Below, piece after piece: positions 50,687 to 64,000 of a DNA stretch of 64,000 nt. This stretch comes from Octopus vulgaris (Eukaryota): NCBI GenBank assembly GCA_951406725.2, contig OX597823.1, positions 66,464,001-66,528,000 of the forward strand. The letters run 5' to 3'. Position 1 is the stretch's first letter. Every line of letters begins with the position of its first letter. The notes beneath the pieces are model-generated. The model was not told where the DNA came from and did not search any database. It saw only the letters and a list, made by a program, of their open reading frames with translations. The translations under genes and the position numbers were made by a program.

Positions 50687-51635
50687 ATACACACACACTC
50701 TCATATACACTCTCAGACACATATACATACATATAAACACAAGCATACGTAAGCATACGAAAGCACACATCACGCAAACACACGCAACCACACACAGACA
50801 GATGCAGGTGCGCGCACATCGACACATATACACGCAGAAGCACACTTGCACACATGTACACACACGGACGTAGAAACTTACATACATATACACACAGATG
50901 ATTGCATAGTAAAAAAGTACACCTCCAGATACACACAAATTGGAATACACTCAAATACGAAGCCACTTATACGTTCACGCACACAAACACACATACGCAG
51001 AAAAACACACACGCACAAGTACGCGCATACACAAGCATTCACAGACCAATTAAAAAGAAAGATAAAGCCAGATACGCATGCACGCTAAGATACACTCAAA
51101 TAAGAAAACATTCGGGGGTTCACACACACACACATACGAACATGTCGAACTGATTCAAACTCAGGAATACATACACACATACATATGCACGGAAATACTC
51201 CCAAACACACGCACCCACACAGATTATCACACGCACACACGCACGCACACACACACACACACACAGACATACACACACACTGTATTCTCTCCTCCAGCTC
51301 CCTTCCCTCTCTCCACATAAAAGGACTGCACTCTTAACCCATAAATCTTCAGTAGACACGAGAATGACTGAAATTGAAAAAGACAAAGGATTGACCCCTT
51401 AAAGAGGTCACGGATGGCTAGTGACACACAGCTACAAAGACAAACACACAAGTAGTCACACGGATGTACACACAACGACACATACACGATCGCGCGTGCG
51501 CAGGTACACAAACGCGCACACACACACACAAAACCCTTCTTTTACTCTCACCCTTACCTTCTCTTCTAAACAAACAGACATCTACACACACACACGTACA
51601 CACACACACACACGCTCACACAAACACACATACAA
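50630..51635. repeat. ~1-kb degenerate (CA)n-rich low-complexity tract
   Basis: Read directly from the sequence. It is the source of the many H/T and C/V pseudo-ORFs. Confidence 0.85.
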
Positions 51636-52484
51636 ACATCCATACAGAAAGACAGAAAGACAAATTCTTAGACGTCTCAAAAGAGACGAAAGCAGGCCTT
51701 GGAGCGAGTAGGAAAATCGCGGGTCACTGAAAAGGTTGCGAACAGTAACGAAAGAACTTTGACGAACAAACTACCGATTGTTTGCTTAACCAACACGTAA
51801 ACCAAACGACCGAGTAGTTACTTGGTTAGATATTTAACAATTAACTAATAAGAATGAAGTGGGATTGAACAGGTGCGTGTGTTATCATTATTGGCGTAAT
51901 GACGTAAAACCTATGAAGTTTACAAATACATTCTACATTTCGAAAATCAACAGAGGATGCTTCACCCATCCCCGTGAGTGTGGCGTCATCATAATGTGGT
52001 ATTTGTAACATCTTGCTATTTATGCTATCTCATTTTTCTTTTATCCGCTTCTTTTCTTTTCTTGCGGTTCCTGACCATTTGTCCCATTTCCTGCTCTCAA
52101 GATGATGAATTGATGATGCGGCTCATAGCTTATCGCCGGTCCTATTATGGTGTTCGTAACCTCAACAGATTTTGATTTGGATGTACCTGTAGCAGTTCAT
52201 GGTGAGATCATGAACACCTTCAGCAGATGTTTTAGCCAATCAGATAAAAAGACGAGCGGTATTTGTTTCCGACTCCCTGTGATCTGAGTTGAAATATCAA
52301 GTTGTCCGTAAAGTTCTGAGCAGTTTCCAGAATTTGTCTGTAAGTCCTTCATGCAACAATTCTAATCTTAATATAACTCATACTTCAGAATTACTTGCAG
52401 TATTGAAGCCTGTCACCTACGTTCCAGGTTAAAATTCAGCATATATTTTACTCCTTTCAGCCTTAATTACCATTTAAACAAAAC

Positions 52485-53056
52485 TGCATTGGCCAGTATT
52501 CTATCGGTGACATGCTTCTGAAACGCAAGGAAAAAAAGTTTTTCCTGGAGCAACTGGTAACTGGAGATGAAAATGGATTGTTTACGATAAGATATAGAGA
52601 AAAATATCTGGAGCGTGCGTGAGGATCCTCCAAAACACCTTCCAAAGCTGAATATTCAGGTCCCCCAAAGTAGCTTCCAAAGCAGAATATTCATTCTAAA
52701 ACAGTTATGCTTTGAGTCTCGTGGGATTTCAAAGACATTATTTACTATGAGCTATTCAACAAAATTCTGATGTGTACTGCCATCAGCTCGCAAATTTCGA
52801 TCAAAAAATCAAGGAATTGAGGCCAGCTCTCTCCAACAGGAAAGAGGTAGTTTTTCACCAAGACACTTCCCGCTTTATCCTTGCGGGTAACACTTTGGTT
52901 ACCCGCAAAAATTACATACACTTGTGTAGAATCTGTTTCCCCATTCACCATACCCTACGACATTGCGCCATCTGGCTAGCGTTTGTTTTTCTTTCTGCAG
53001 AACACTCTAAAAGGAAAAATCATTTAAGGATTTAGAAACCACTTAGCATTTTTCCA
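52485..53056 (+). pseudogene. Mariner transposase catalytic-domain remnant (mellifera-subfamily-like)
   Basis: SIGDMLLKRKEKKFFLEQLVTGDE/WIVYD, IHSKTVML*VSWDFKDIIYYEL, NSDVYCHQL…IKELRPALSNRKEVVFHQDTSR and HSPY…DIAPSG*RLFFFLQNTLKGK. All three DD34D motif regions are present but degenerate. Confidence 0.85.
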
Positions 53057-54650
53057 TTGATTCCTAAGTATTTATATGTCTGGGTTTGGTCTTATTCTCT
53101 TATTTCGTTTTCTTTATCTAGCGTGATAGTGTTACTCTTAACTTGTTTTCCTCTTCTTAGAGTTGTTTTGGCAATTTTTTCTGAGCTGAATTTCATATTT
53201 ATTTCCTTGGTTAATCCATACACGGTTAGTAGTAATGTTTCCAGTTGTAATTTATCATTTGCAGCATAGTGTTTTATATCATGCATATACACAAGAGAGT
53301 TGATTGTTTTATCGTAGCAGATGTATCCACATCCGGTTCTGCTTAGCAAGTTTTTGAAAGGCGTCAGTGTCTACTCTTCTAATGGGAATGGATTTAGGTT
53401 TTATGATTCCCTATTTTGTCTGGAGCTGCAATACTCTTTGTCATTTACTCATGACATGTTTTATGTATCTTATTATTGTTGGTTCCATCATTGTTAATGG
53501 CTAGTGTTTCCAAGATCCATGTGTGGGGAATAGTGTTAAAATACTCCCGATAATCAATCCAAGCCATGCTTAGACCCCCTCTGTTTCTTTTGGCTGCATT
53601 CAGTTATGGCTTGATTGATCAATAACTGGTCTTTACAGCCATATGTGCTTTTGAAGCATCCCTTTTACTCTTCTATAAACAAGTTGTTTTCCTTCAGCTG
53701 TTTGACCATTCTCTGCAATATTATTGCAGTTAAAGCTTTATAAGTCGTAGGGAGACATATTATGGGTCTGTAGTTTTGTGGCTTTGTCGTAACAGTGGAT
53801 TTGGGAATTAGGATGGTTTTCCCTTCTGTCAGCCATTCAGGTGTTGTCTGTCACTGAATTTCTTGGCCACCATCTTATGTATCCCTGTTAGATATTTAAT
53901 CTAGAAATTGGGGATCTTGTCGTGCCCGGGTGTCTTCCAATTGTTTAAGTTTTCCCAGTGCCTCGGTGACCTCTCTTCAGTTGTTATAAGCGTTCACAGT
54001 TGTTCAGTTGCTGTGTTTGTTGTTTTAATTGATCTTTTCTGGGATTGTTCTTTCACCGACCATACTTCTTTCCAAAATTCTTCCACTTCAGTAGTTGGTT
54101 CTGCATTCATCTCTGGTTTACTCTTATACATTTTTTAGGGGAATCGTTTACGACTGAAGTTGAACTGTTTGTTTTACTCAAAGAATCGTTGACGTTTCTC
54201 ATACCAGCGGATTCTTGGTATATTTACGAGAATATCTTGATGTAGCTGTTCTTTTGCCTCTGGTATACCTTGTTCAGTTATTTTGTTTTTCTGTTGTATT
54301 TTTGTTTTTCTAGTTCTTTAGTAGTGTTGTTTACCTACCAATTGCTCTTATTTTCAATTTTTTTACTGGAAATTAATTTCTCCCAGCACTTGTTTATGTT
54401 GTGATACTCCTCTTTCAATATACTTGAGCGAGTATCCAATTACTTTAGTGGCCACAGAAGCTGCCGCATATATTATTTCATTTAGTCTGTTGCGATTATT
54501 TCTATGACGAGCAGATCTCTTATTATCAACTTTAATTTTGGTGAGGTACAATCGGTGGACCGTACTGAGTTTTGTGGCTTTTAATTTATACTCATTTTAG
54601 CATATCATAATCATGGTTTCTGTCTTCAATGTTTCCAATTTTTAGGTTTG
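53057..54650 (-). pseudogene. Older R4/Dong-type LINE reverse transcriptase remnant
   Basis: PGHDKIPNF, PEWLTEGKTILIPKS…PQNYRPIICLPTTYKALT, YGCKDQLLINQA, LSMAWIDYREYFNTIPHTWILETL and INSLVYMHDIKHYA (YMDD-like)…MKFSSEK…TYKYLGI. Confidence 0.85.
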
Positions 54651-54682
54651 TTCCGCATTCCTTCTCGTTTTATAGATTATGT

Positions 54683-54930
54683 GGAGGCGTGTGGCTTAGT
54701 GGTTAGGGTGTCAGCATCATGATCGTAAGATTGTGGTTTCGATTCCTGGACCGGGCGACGAGTTGTGTTCTTGAGCAAAACACTTCATTTCACGTTGCTC
54801 CAGTCCACTCAGCTGGCAAAAATGAGTAACGTTGCGATGGACTGATGTCCCGTCTAACTGGGGAACACATACGCCATAGAAACCGGGAAACCGGGCCCAT
54901 GAGCCTAGCTAGGCTTTAAAAGGGCGCATT
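54683..54930 (+). mobile_element. tRNA-derived SINE family C, full length
   Basis: Box A TGGCTTAGTGG, box-B-like GGTTTCGATTCC, core GTTGTGTTCTTGAGCAAAACACTTCATTTCACGTTGCTCCAGTCCACTCAGCTG and an AT-rich tail. Confidence 0.85.
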
Positions 54931-54960
54931 AATTTATTTTATTTTTATAAATCATCATAA

Positions 54961-54991
<31 letters not shown>

Positions 54992-55002
54992 AATAATCAT
55001 TA

Positions 55003-56749
<1,747 letters not shown>

Positions 56750-58276
56750 TTTAAACGGGAGATTATCTTTAAGAGCAAGTTTTTCACGCTAAAGCACTCC
56801 ATACTTCCGAAGCCGAAGAGGAGCCCTCCTCCACTACGTTACCTATTTAGAGAGAAGAATATCTTCAGCGGAGATAAAGTTCCTCCAGATTCGACGTCAC
56901 GTGCTTTGGGGACGGCGTTGCCCCATCGATGTGAAACGCAACGGTGGTGTTTACGTATGGGACCACAGTAGATATCTTCCTGCAGATAGAAGCAGATTAA
57001 TTAGAAAGGATCTCAGATATTATCCAATAGAGTGGAGCCGCTTTTGCAGTTGGAGGCAGAAGACTAATGTGCCATTTGTGTGGTGCAAGGCATTAAACAG
57101 TATTCTTTGATGATACTACAAGGTAAAAAGTCAAGTGATGCACCACAAGAGTAAGCCCAAAAAAGCAGGAGATTAGCAAATTACACTGCAAATAAAAAGC
57201 CAGAACGCAACAAGTCACTACAGTATCTTCCTCCAGAAAAGTCACATATCAAAATGAATAGTTAATGAAATAAATACCAGTAATAAATAAGGGCATGGCG
57301 GATATTCAGATGACATATATTCACTGCATTCTTTTCAAACGTTACTTTATTTTCCATCGCGTCAAAAGAAATCGATATTATACTTTACTTCTTTCAGTAA
57401 ATATGTAGTATATTATCAGTGTATATATTTTTAATAGTTCACCATATTGAAAGGCGATATGATACATTGCTGCAGATTTTAGGTTTTGCTGAATTGTGCT
57501 TTAGTGAAAGTATTTTAGTAATAAATCATTGTAGTCATTGATTATCTTCACTTGCTTTTCTTTCCTTTCAGAGATGAGCCATAAAATATTGAAACATAAT
57601 CTTATATAAATACGAGGCATGCTTATGTTCATTCATGCACCATATAATTAGTATATTTTAGTGTAACCGCGAAATTGGTCCCATTACACTGTGAAACATG
57701 TTAAACGAATTTAATGCTCAATAATGGTAATAAAACTGCCCCGAAAATCTGTATATAATATCTCTTCAGACTTTTTTATTATCATAAATCATTGATAACG
57801 CTCTATACTATACATTAAAATCGTCCCTGTTTATAAGCTACTAAATAATAAAACTGAAGCAAAACGGAGGATCGAAACCATTTACCGAATTGATATGTGT
57901 TTTCCAATCCGTGAATGCTTGTAAGGAGCTTATCAAATTCTGTGTTTAGTTGAAAAGGTATGGAATAATTCAAATGTTGTGGGAAAGGAAGTACTCAAAA
58001 GATTGGCTCCAGCGAGGAAAAATATTTTTGTTTTTTGGAATATTTATTATTTCTTTTTCATTTAGCTGGTTTCAAATTAAATCACATAGACATGCACACA
58101 CACAAAAGTACGTATATACATACATGTGTGTGTGTGGTATGTATCTAGATAGTATTCTGGGCAAAACGATTACTCAAAGAAGAATACATCACAAGGCATC
58201 AGTAATGTACATAATTCCTCATCTCTTAAATATAGATCTGTATGACCAGCATATATCGCAGTCATTAGGATCATCC

Positions 58277-58687
58277 TTTACTCTACTCTTTACTTGTTTT
58301 AGTCATTTGACTGCGGCCATGCTGGAGCACCGCCTTTTAGCCGAGCAAATTGACCGCAGGACTTATTCTTTGTAAGCCTAGTACTTATTCTATCGGACTC
58401 TTTCGCCGAACCGCTAAGTTACGGGGACGTAAATACACCAGCATCAGTTGTCAAGCGATGGTGGGGGGACAAACACAGACATACAAGTATATACAGACAT
58501 ACATATATATATATACATATATACGACGGGTTTCTTTCAGTTTCCGTCTACCAAATCCACTCATAAGGCTTTGGTCGGCCCGAGGCTATAGTAGAAGACA
58601 CCTACCCAAGGTGCCACGCAGTGGGACTGAACCTGGAACTATGTGGTTCGCAAACAAGCTACTTACCACACAGCTACTCTTACGCCT
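58277..58687 (-). mobile_element. tRNA-derived SINE family A, full length
   Basis: Minus-strand head AGGCGTAAGAGTAGCTGTGTGGTAAGTAGCTTG…GTTCCAGGTTCAGTCCCACTGCGTGGCACC, an internal TA/TG tract and a (AGTAAAG)-type tail. Confidence 0.9.
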
Positions 58688-59640
58688 TTAGTGAAACTTT
58701 TTCCCTATATGTTGCATAAATGAATATGTCATAATCTGTCTTGATACCTGTTGTTTTGCTGTCCTTTTATACTATTAAACATGCACTTGGATGATCGACA
58801 TATTAACTATAGACATTTTTTCACTGAGACATCACTGCATTTAAACTTGCATTTAAAATTTGAGCTTAGGCCCAAACACGATCTATGCACTAATTGTATG
58901 TAGCCATTACCTCAAGTCATCAGACACTATATTACCAACATAACTATTGTTGTTATGTAAAGTTATATATAGAAATAATTTAACATTTGACTGACGAATC
59001 ATGCAATACGTTTTGCTTAATACATGCTTAAGAATTTTCACAAAGAAAAGGCTGATAGAAACTTCGAAGATTCAGTTTACCAACATCAGCGGATAGTTGA
59101 AGATGTTGGTATCTACAGCTAACGACTGCATCCACGAAATTGGATAAACAAAAAAAAGAAAGCCCATAACGGTAAAAGTGCTTCCTTAAACTGCCCTATT
59201 TCGACAGGGTGACAGGGACAATCTCAGAATGATGGAAGCTTTTCCCATAAACAAACAGTTCTATATTTAAGAGATGAGGAATTATGTACGTTATTTACAT
59301 TATTTACATTTGACGGATATTTGTATAGACGTGTTGACGATCGGCAGTCAGGCCAAGAAAGAAAGGTCATGCCTGGCCGGACACCGGTCACGTGGAAAGA
59401 AGAGAATTGGGTAGGGGACAATGGGATTGAAGGATTAGATATCAGAGACAAAGGAAAAGTTGCACAGGATATAAAGGAGCGGAAAATAGTGGGAGTTAAA
59501 GAAAGAGGGCGAAGAAATGTGAGAGAGGTGGAGCGAGAGAAAAGAAGAAAAATGAAGCGGGGGATAAAAGAGAGAGTAAGAGTCGTACAAAATTTAGATA
59601 CATACCTAATATTAGGTGAACGCAAGAGTGTACGTACGCC

Positions 59641-59700
<60 letters not shown>

Positions 59701-60062
59701 AATTGAACAAAAGCGCAATAGAGGGCTTTGAAACGTTCGGACAGATAAACGACACAAAGGCGGACAAGAGAAACAACAATTAGAAGGACAGGCAAAAAAG
59801 ACAGGTCATTCTTGGCTTTCTTTCTACAGTTAAGTATCACAAGTCACGACTATTTCGGACAGTTACACTTGATGGTTGATTCGATCTGGTTGTAAGAAAG
59901 CTAGCAAATGTGTACAGCAACAAAAACAAAAAACAAACAAACTAAAAACGGAGATCATGGCGCAGAATTACGATTACAAACAAGAAATAACAGGCCTCTT
60001 TATATGTGTGTGTGTGTGCGCGCGCGCGTATTTATATGTATGTATGTATGAATGTATGTATG

Positions 60063-60107
<45 letters not shown>

Positions 60108-61894
60108 ATGTACATATAGGGTAATTACCTTTTATTACATTACCGAAATTCATTTTATTCATCCCTTCACCCCCCCCCCCCCAAGGTGACAATGTGTGAC
60201 GATGATAACTTTGGTAATACTTCCTTATGAAGTAGTAATCGTCAAAAGCGCCAATAGATAACGTAATAAAGATAGTACGTTCCTCTATTCTGTTCTGCCA
60301 TCGTGCCGCCACTTACATGGAATGACTTATTGATTCTATACATTAACTGATATGTTATGCCTTTGTAGTTAAATTTTAACTGAAGATACGTTTTAATAAA
60401 TATAACGTGACATCGCGTTTGTTCATTAACTTCTATTCATAGATGCAGCTAAAATGGAATTATTCCTAAATTCATATTAAAAGTGAAGGTCGAGTCTTGA
60501 CTATGTTTACTTCTAAGATGTATAATGTTATCCGTTTACAATACAGATTGAGCAGCAAAGTATATGATGGTTTTGATATACATTTTCCTTTTTTCTTTTG
60601 GTGAAACAAACATATGAATAAGAATATAAAGCTCCGTCTTAAATCTTTTCCACATAACATTTAAGTGTATAATCTCCACGACGAATTAAATTACATTATC
60701 ATAACTAAGATTTAAGGTGGGGAGCTGCTACAATCGTTCAATACCAGGAAATTGCTTTGTATCGCTTCTTCGTTATCCCCTGAGTTCAAATCCAGGCGAG
60801 GTCAAATTCGTTTTTCATCACTGTGGTTCCATAAAATAGACCATTAATTAAATACATGATCTTTGGTAACGTCTAAACTCTTACAGTCAAATCTGGAGGT
60901 TTTGTGCTTTGGTTAAAATACATTTTGCGTAATGCTTAAGGCAGTGAATTGGCGTAATCGCTACAGCGATGGCAAACGTTCCTTCGCTTATTTCATCCCA
61001 CACTTTACCTTCGGATTTCGACTACCAACAGCGTTAGTTTTGCTGGTAATCGCTAACTTCCACTCTGAAATGCCATGTGCCAAGAGTTTCAAATATGTTA
61101 TCATTGATCATGCTTATATTTTATTATTCAGAGATTGATAAAGTACTTAATTACCAGTAATATACTTCAGTGCATGTAATGAGCTTTATCAATTTACGTC
61201 TATATTTCAGAAATTCATTATTAGAAATAAGACTAGTCGAAAGCTGGTGGTATTGGATAAACGTTATAGTAACAAAATTAATATAAAGCAATATATAAAT
61301 TACATTTTCTGTGTTCAAACTTTGTATTTTTTCATTGTGACACGATAAAGTAATTTCAAAACGTAGTATCTCACATCGTATCGGCGATATATCTACCATA
61401 TAAATTGGTTGACTTTTCCAAATGAATAAAAACATCGTTATTGCGACAAGGTTCCTAGGCAACAATTTTCAGGTACCGCAATATTGAAATAGTTTCACTA
61501 TTAGTTTAAACAAAGAAAATACACTCCCCAACGTTATCATTGAATATTGACAAAATATTCTTTTCCATTCAACATTTAGCTATACAGATTTGTGAGTGCC
61601 GGAGGGAAACATATATGTTAATCATAGATACTGCAAAATGTCATTTACTCGCTTTCAAATATTATCAATTCAACTATCAGTCTGACAGCTTCTTAACTAG
61701 GTAATGGAGCACATATGAGCTCCTCATTTTATAAAGAGATCCCGTAGAGGGCCTGCACTTAGTAGGCTGGAATGATGTATGCCGTTGTAGGCCCGATAAT
61801 ATATCTGAAAAGTTTCTAATAGAAATAATTTCACAGAAATAAAATTCTTTTTAAATGTTGTGGCACATATATCATATATATATATATATATCCA

Positions 61895-62070
61895 TGATAG
61901 ATCGCTAGCCACTACACATTCTGTATTTTCTCTCCTTGTTTCTTTATGTGGAAGACCGCAGGCTCGAAACGTTAAAAACTTTTTCACTTACCGAGCGTTA
62001 TACTAATACATCTATTTGTTGTCTACACCACCTATCTTCGTCTTTTGTTTGTCTGTGAATTCTCCCTCTA
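61895..62070 (+). mobile_element. Short PLE-pLTR-like fragment between (TA)n tracts with decayed hammerhead motif
   Basis: TCTTTATGTGGAAGACCGCAGGCTCGAAACGTTAAAAAC (61941-61979) retains GAAGA…GCTC-GAAAC-GT of a minimal hammerhead but lacks CUGA. Confidence 0.45.
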
Positions 62071-62076
62071 TGTATA

Positions 62077-62129
<53 letters not shown>

Positions 62130-63140
62130 ATTTATTTATTTATATATACAATAAATATATAGAACGCCGAAAAATATTTTAATAGATACAGTTATGGAGA
62201 ACTGAAATCTAAGACCGATATCCGATTTTTAAAAAATTCATTTCTGAATGAGCTTGAAATAAACATTTTTTTTTTAAAATTAGTGTGGGGTATGTAGTAA
62301 TGCTGCTATAGGTTCACACAGAACATGTTCATAGTTTGCTTTTTTAAACAGCATATATTTATATTGCGTATAGTATCAACAACTTTTATTTTACATCGTT
62401 AAAATTCGTTATATTCATTTCATTTTGAGCTGAATTGCAATAAATCTAGCCGAGTGAATTCCAAAACATTCGTTCTTTTAAATTTTTTACGTCACTCTTA
62501 GGAGAAACACTCTCAGTTGCCAGGTTTTGTAATCTTTTTCCAAGCTGTTTCTTTTTATATTTTATATTTTTTTGATAGCAGCAATTATTAGGACTGGTAA
62601 TTCTGTGAATATCGTCATTGCATAAGCTCCAGGCAACGCCTCTTTTCTCCATTTCCGATTCCATACCCATTTTTCTTTTTCAGTTACGTCCTACTTGCAT
62701 ATTTTCTTTCTATTCAAATATTCTTCTCTCAAATCCGTATTTATGGCTGTGGATGTAATGCTGCTGCATTAGGTTTTTGAGAGACTATTTATTATTTCTA
62801 ATTTCTAGCCTCTAGAAATATTTACCACTCAAATCTACCCTCGACAAGTTGACGGAAATCGAATTAACATCATAATTACGAAATGCGTTTTTATGTAAGA
62901 AGGGAAAGTATCTATTTTCATCATTAGGGAAGGTCGCGCCCGTAACATTTTACAAGGCAATCGAGGGAGGTGGAATGCATCCTCCAGCCAGTGACCTGGC
63001 CTGAGTGCTCGCTACAGTACAAACCCCGATAAAGTTAAACCCGGTAAAGGATTGAAACTAGCATCCAATTAAGCCGCGGGAGTATTTGAGTTTAGAAAGC
63101 AATGACTGCTAAGTATCTGATCTGACGTTCTAACATTTCC

Positions 63141-63328
63141 TATTTCTTTACTACCACTAACGGATTAGGTCGATTACTGGTACTTAATTTATCGATAACT
63201 GGTACTTAATTTATCGACCCCGAAAGGATGAAAGGCAAAGTCTACCTCAGCGAAATTTGAACAGCGGCAGACGAAATACGATTACGCATTTCGCCCGGCG
63301 TGCTAACGTTTCTGCCAGCTCGCCGCCT
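63141..63328 (-). mobile_element. SINE family B2 (with deletions and a small internal duplication)
   Basis: TATTTCTTTACTACC tail, duplicated ACTGGTACTTAATTTATCGA and head …GCCAGCTCGCCGCCT. Confidence 0.85.
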
Positions 63329-64000
63329 TATGACGTTCGAACATTTCCACTAATAAGTCGCTCAGGGTTGTTACTTTATTTCTACCGAAATAAATTGAAT
63401 TTTAATTCAGTCGCATTTGAACTCGGTGATGAGAGTAAAAACAAGAAGAACGCAGAATTCTGTCCGACCCATTAACAGCTTTGTCAATTAATGAAGGGCG
63501 TGGAGAGAAACGCTACTGCCGTGCTGGAACTCCAATTCATTTTAAGCCCCTGTTGACGATTTTAGTTCACAATTTTGTGTCTCGTGAAAACGCAGCGAGT
63601 TTGATATATTGAGCAGCAACATGAGTTTGTATACGCGTTGTACTACATCATAGAGAGTTAAATGTCGTTACCACAAATTCTCAATGTTACTGAAAATTCA
63701 ATATCGTCCAAAAATTAGACCCATTTATAAATTTTTATTGGAAATGTAATCATTTTCAACCGGTTGAAGACGCAAAGTAATCACGTTTATTGCTCGTTTG
63801 AATAATTTAATGGACGACAAAATCGCTTGATCATTAACTGAACTCCAGTGCACGTTTGCCATTGACTTCTTTGAAGTATGACAATTTGCTCGGTATACAT
63901 TGTTCTGTTATAAATATAGAAACGTCTCAGAAATGTACCAAAAATACATTGGTTTCACATACAAAATGTATGATATTTCTTTTCGCTTACCTAGCATAAG

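Noticed and set aside
54683-54755. tRNA gene-like A/B boxes (also the heads of SINE families A and B)
   Set aside because: They continue directly into SINE cores and tails, are multi-copy in the window, and do not form a complete cloverleaf.
56750-57110. Possible CR1-type APE endonuclease N-terminal remnant (…DKVPPDS…KRNGGVYVW)
   Set aside because: The similarity rests on two loose motifs across a frameshift and cannot be supported without a profile search.
59321-59731. 136-aa R/K/E-rich ORF
   Set aside because: It is purine-rich low-complexity sequence running through (TA)n, with a non-ATG start and no domain motif.

Overview
This is AT-rich, microsatellite-dense eukaryotic DNA with no host protein-coding exon that I can support. 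The SINE families and repeat landscape look like an octopus/coleoid cephalopod genome; this is recognition from memory, not a search result. Most ORFs in the supplied track are microsatellite translation artefacts. The real content is a layered transposon graveyard: at least three tRNA-derived SINE families; R4/Dong-type restriction-like-endonuclease LINE fragments sitting in (AAT)n tracts, the best preserved at 55003-56631; many Penelope-like element (PLE) fragments; two mariner derivatives; a PGBD3-like piggyBac remnant; a Helitron helicase remnant; a HINE-like non-autonomous element; and a gag/ORF1-only retroelement with a triple-hairpin end. The most interesting signal is an apparently non-coding 583-bp-period element at 3818-4766, flanked by (TA)n. 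It has a partial tandem repeat, an inverted arm and an apparently intact type I hammerhead ribozyme (minus strand, 4008-4098), so it is a candidate retrozyme or PLE pLTR. Several more, mostly decayed, hammerhead-like cores occur in other (TA)n-embedded or PLE-associated elements. All protein family calls come from manual translation and motif recognition and need profile-HMM confirmation.
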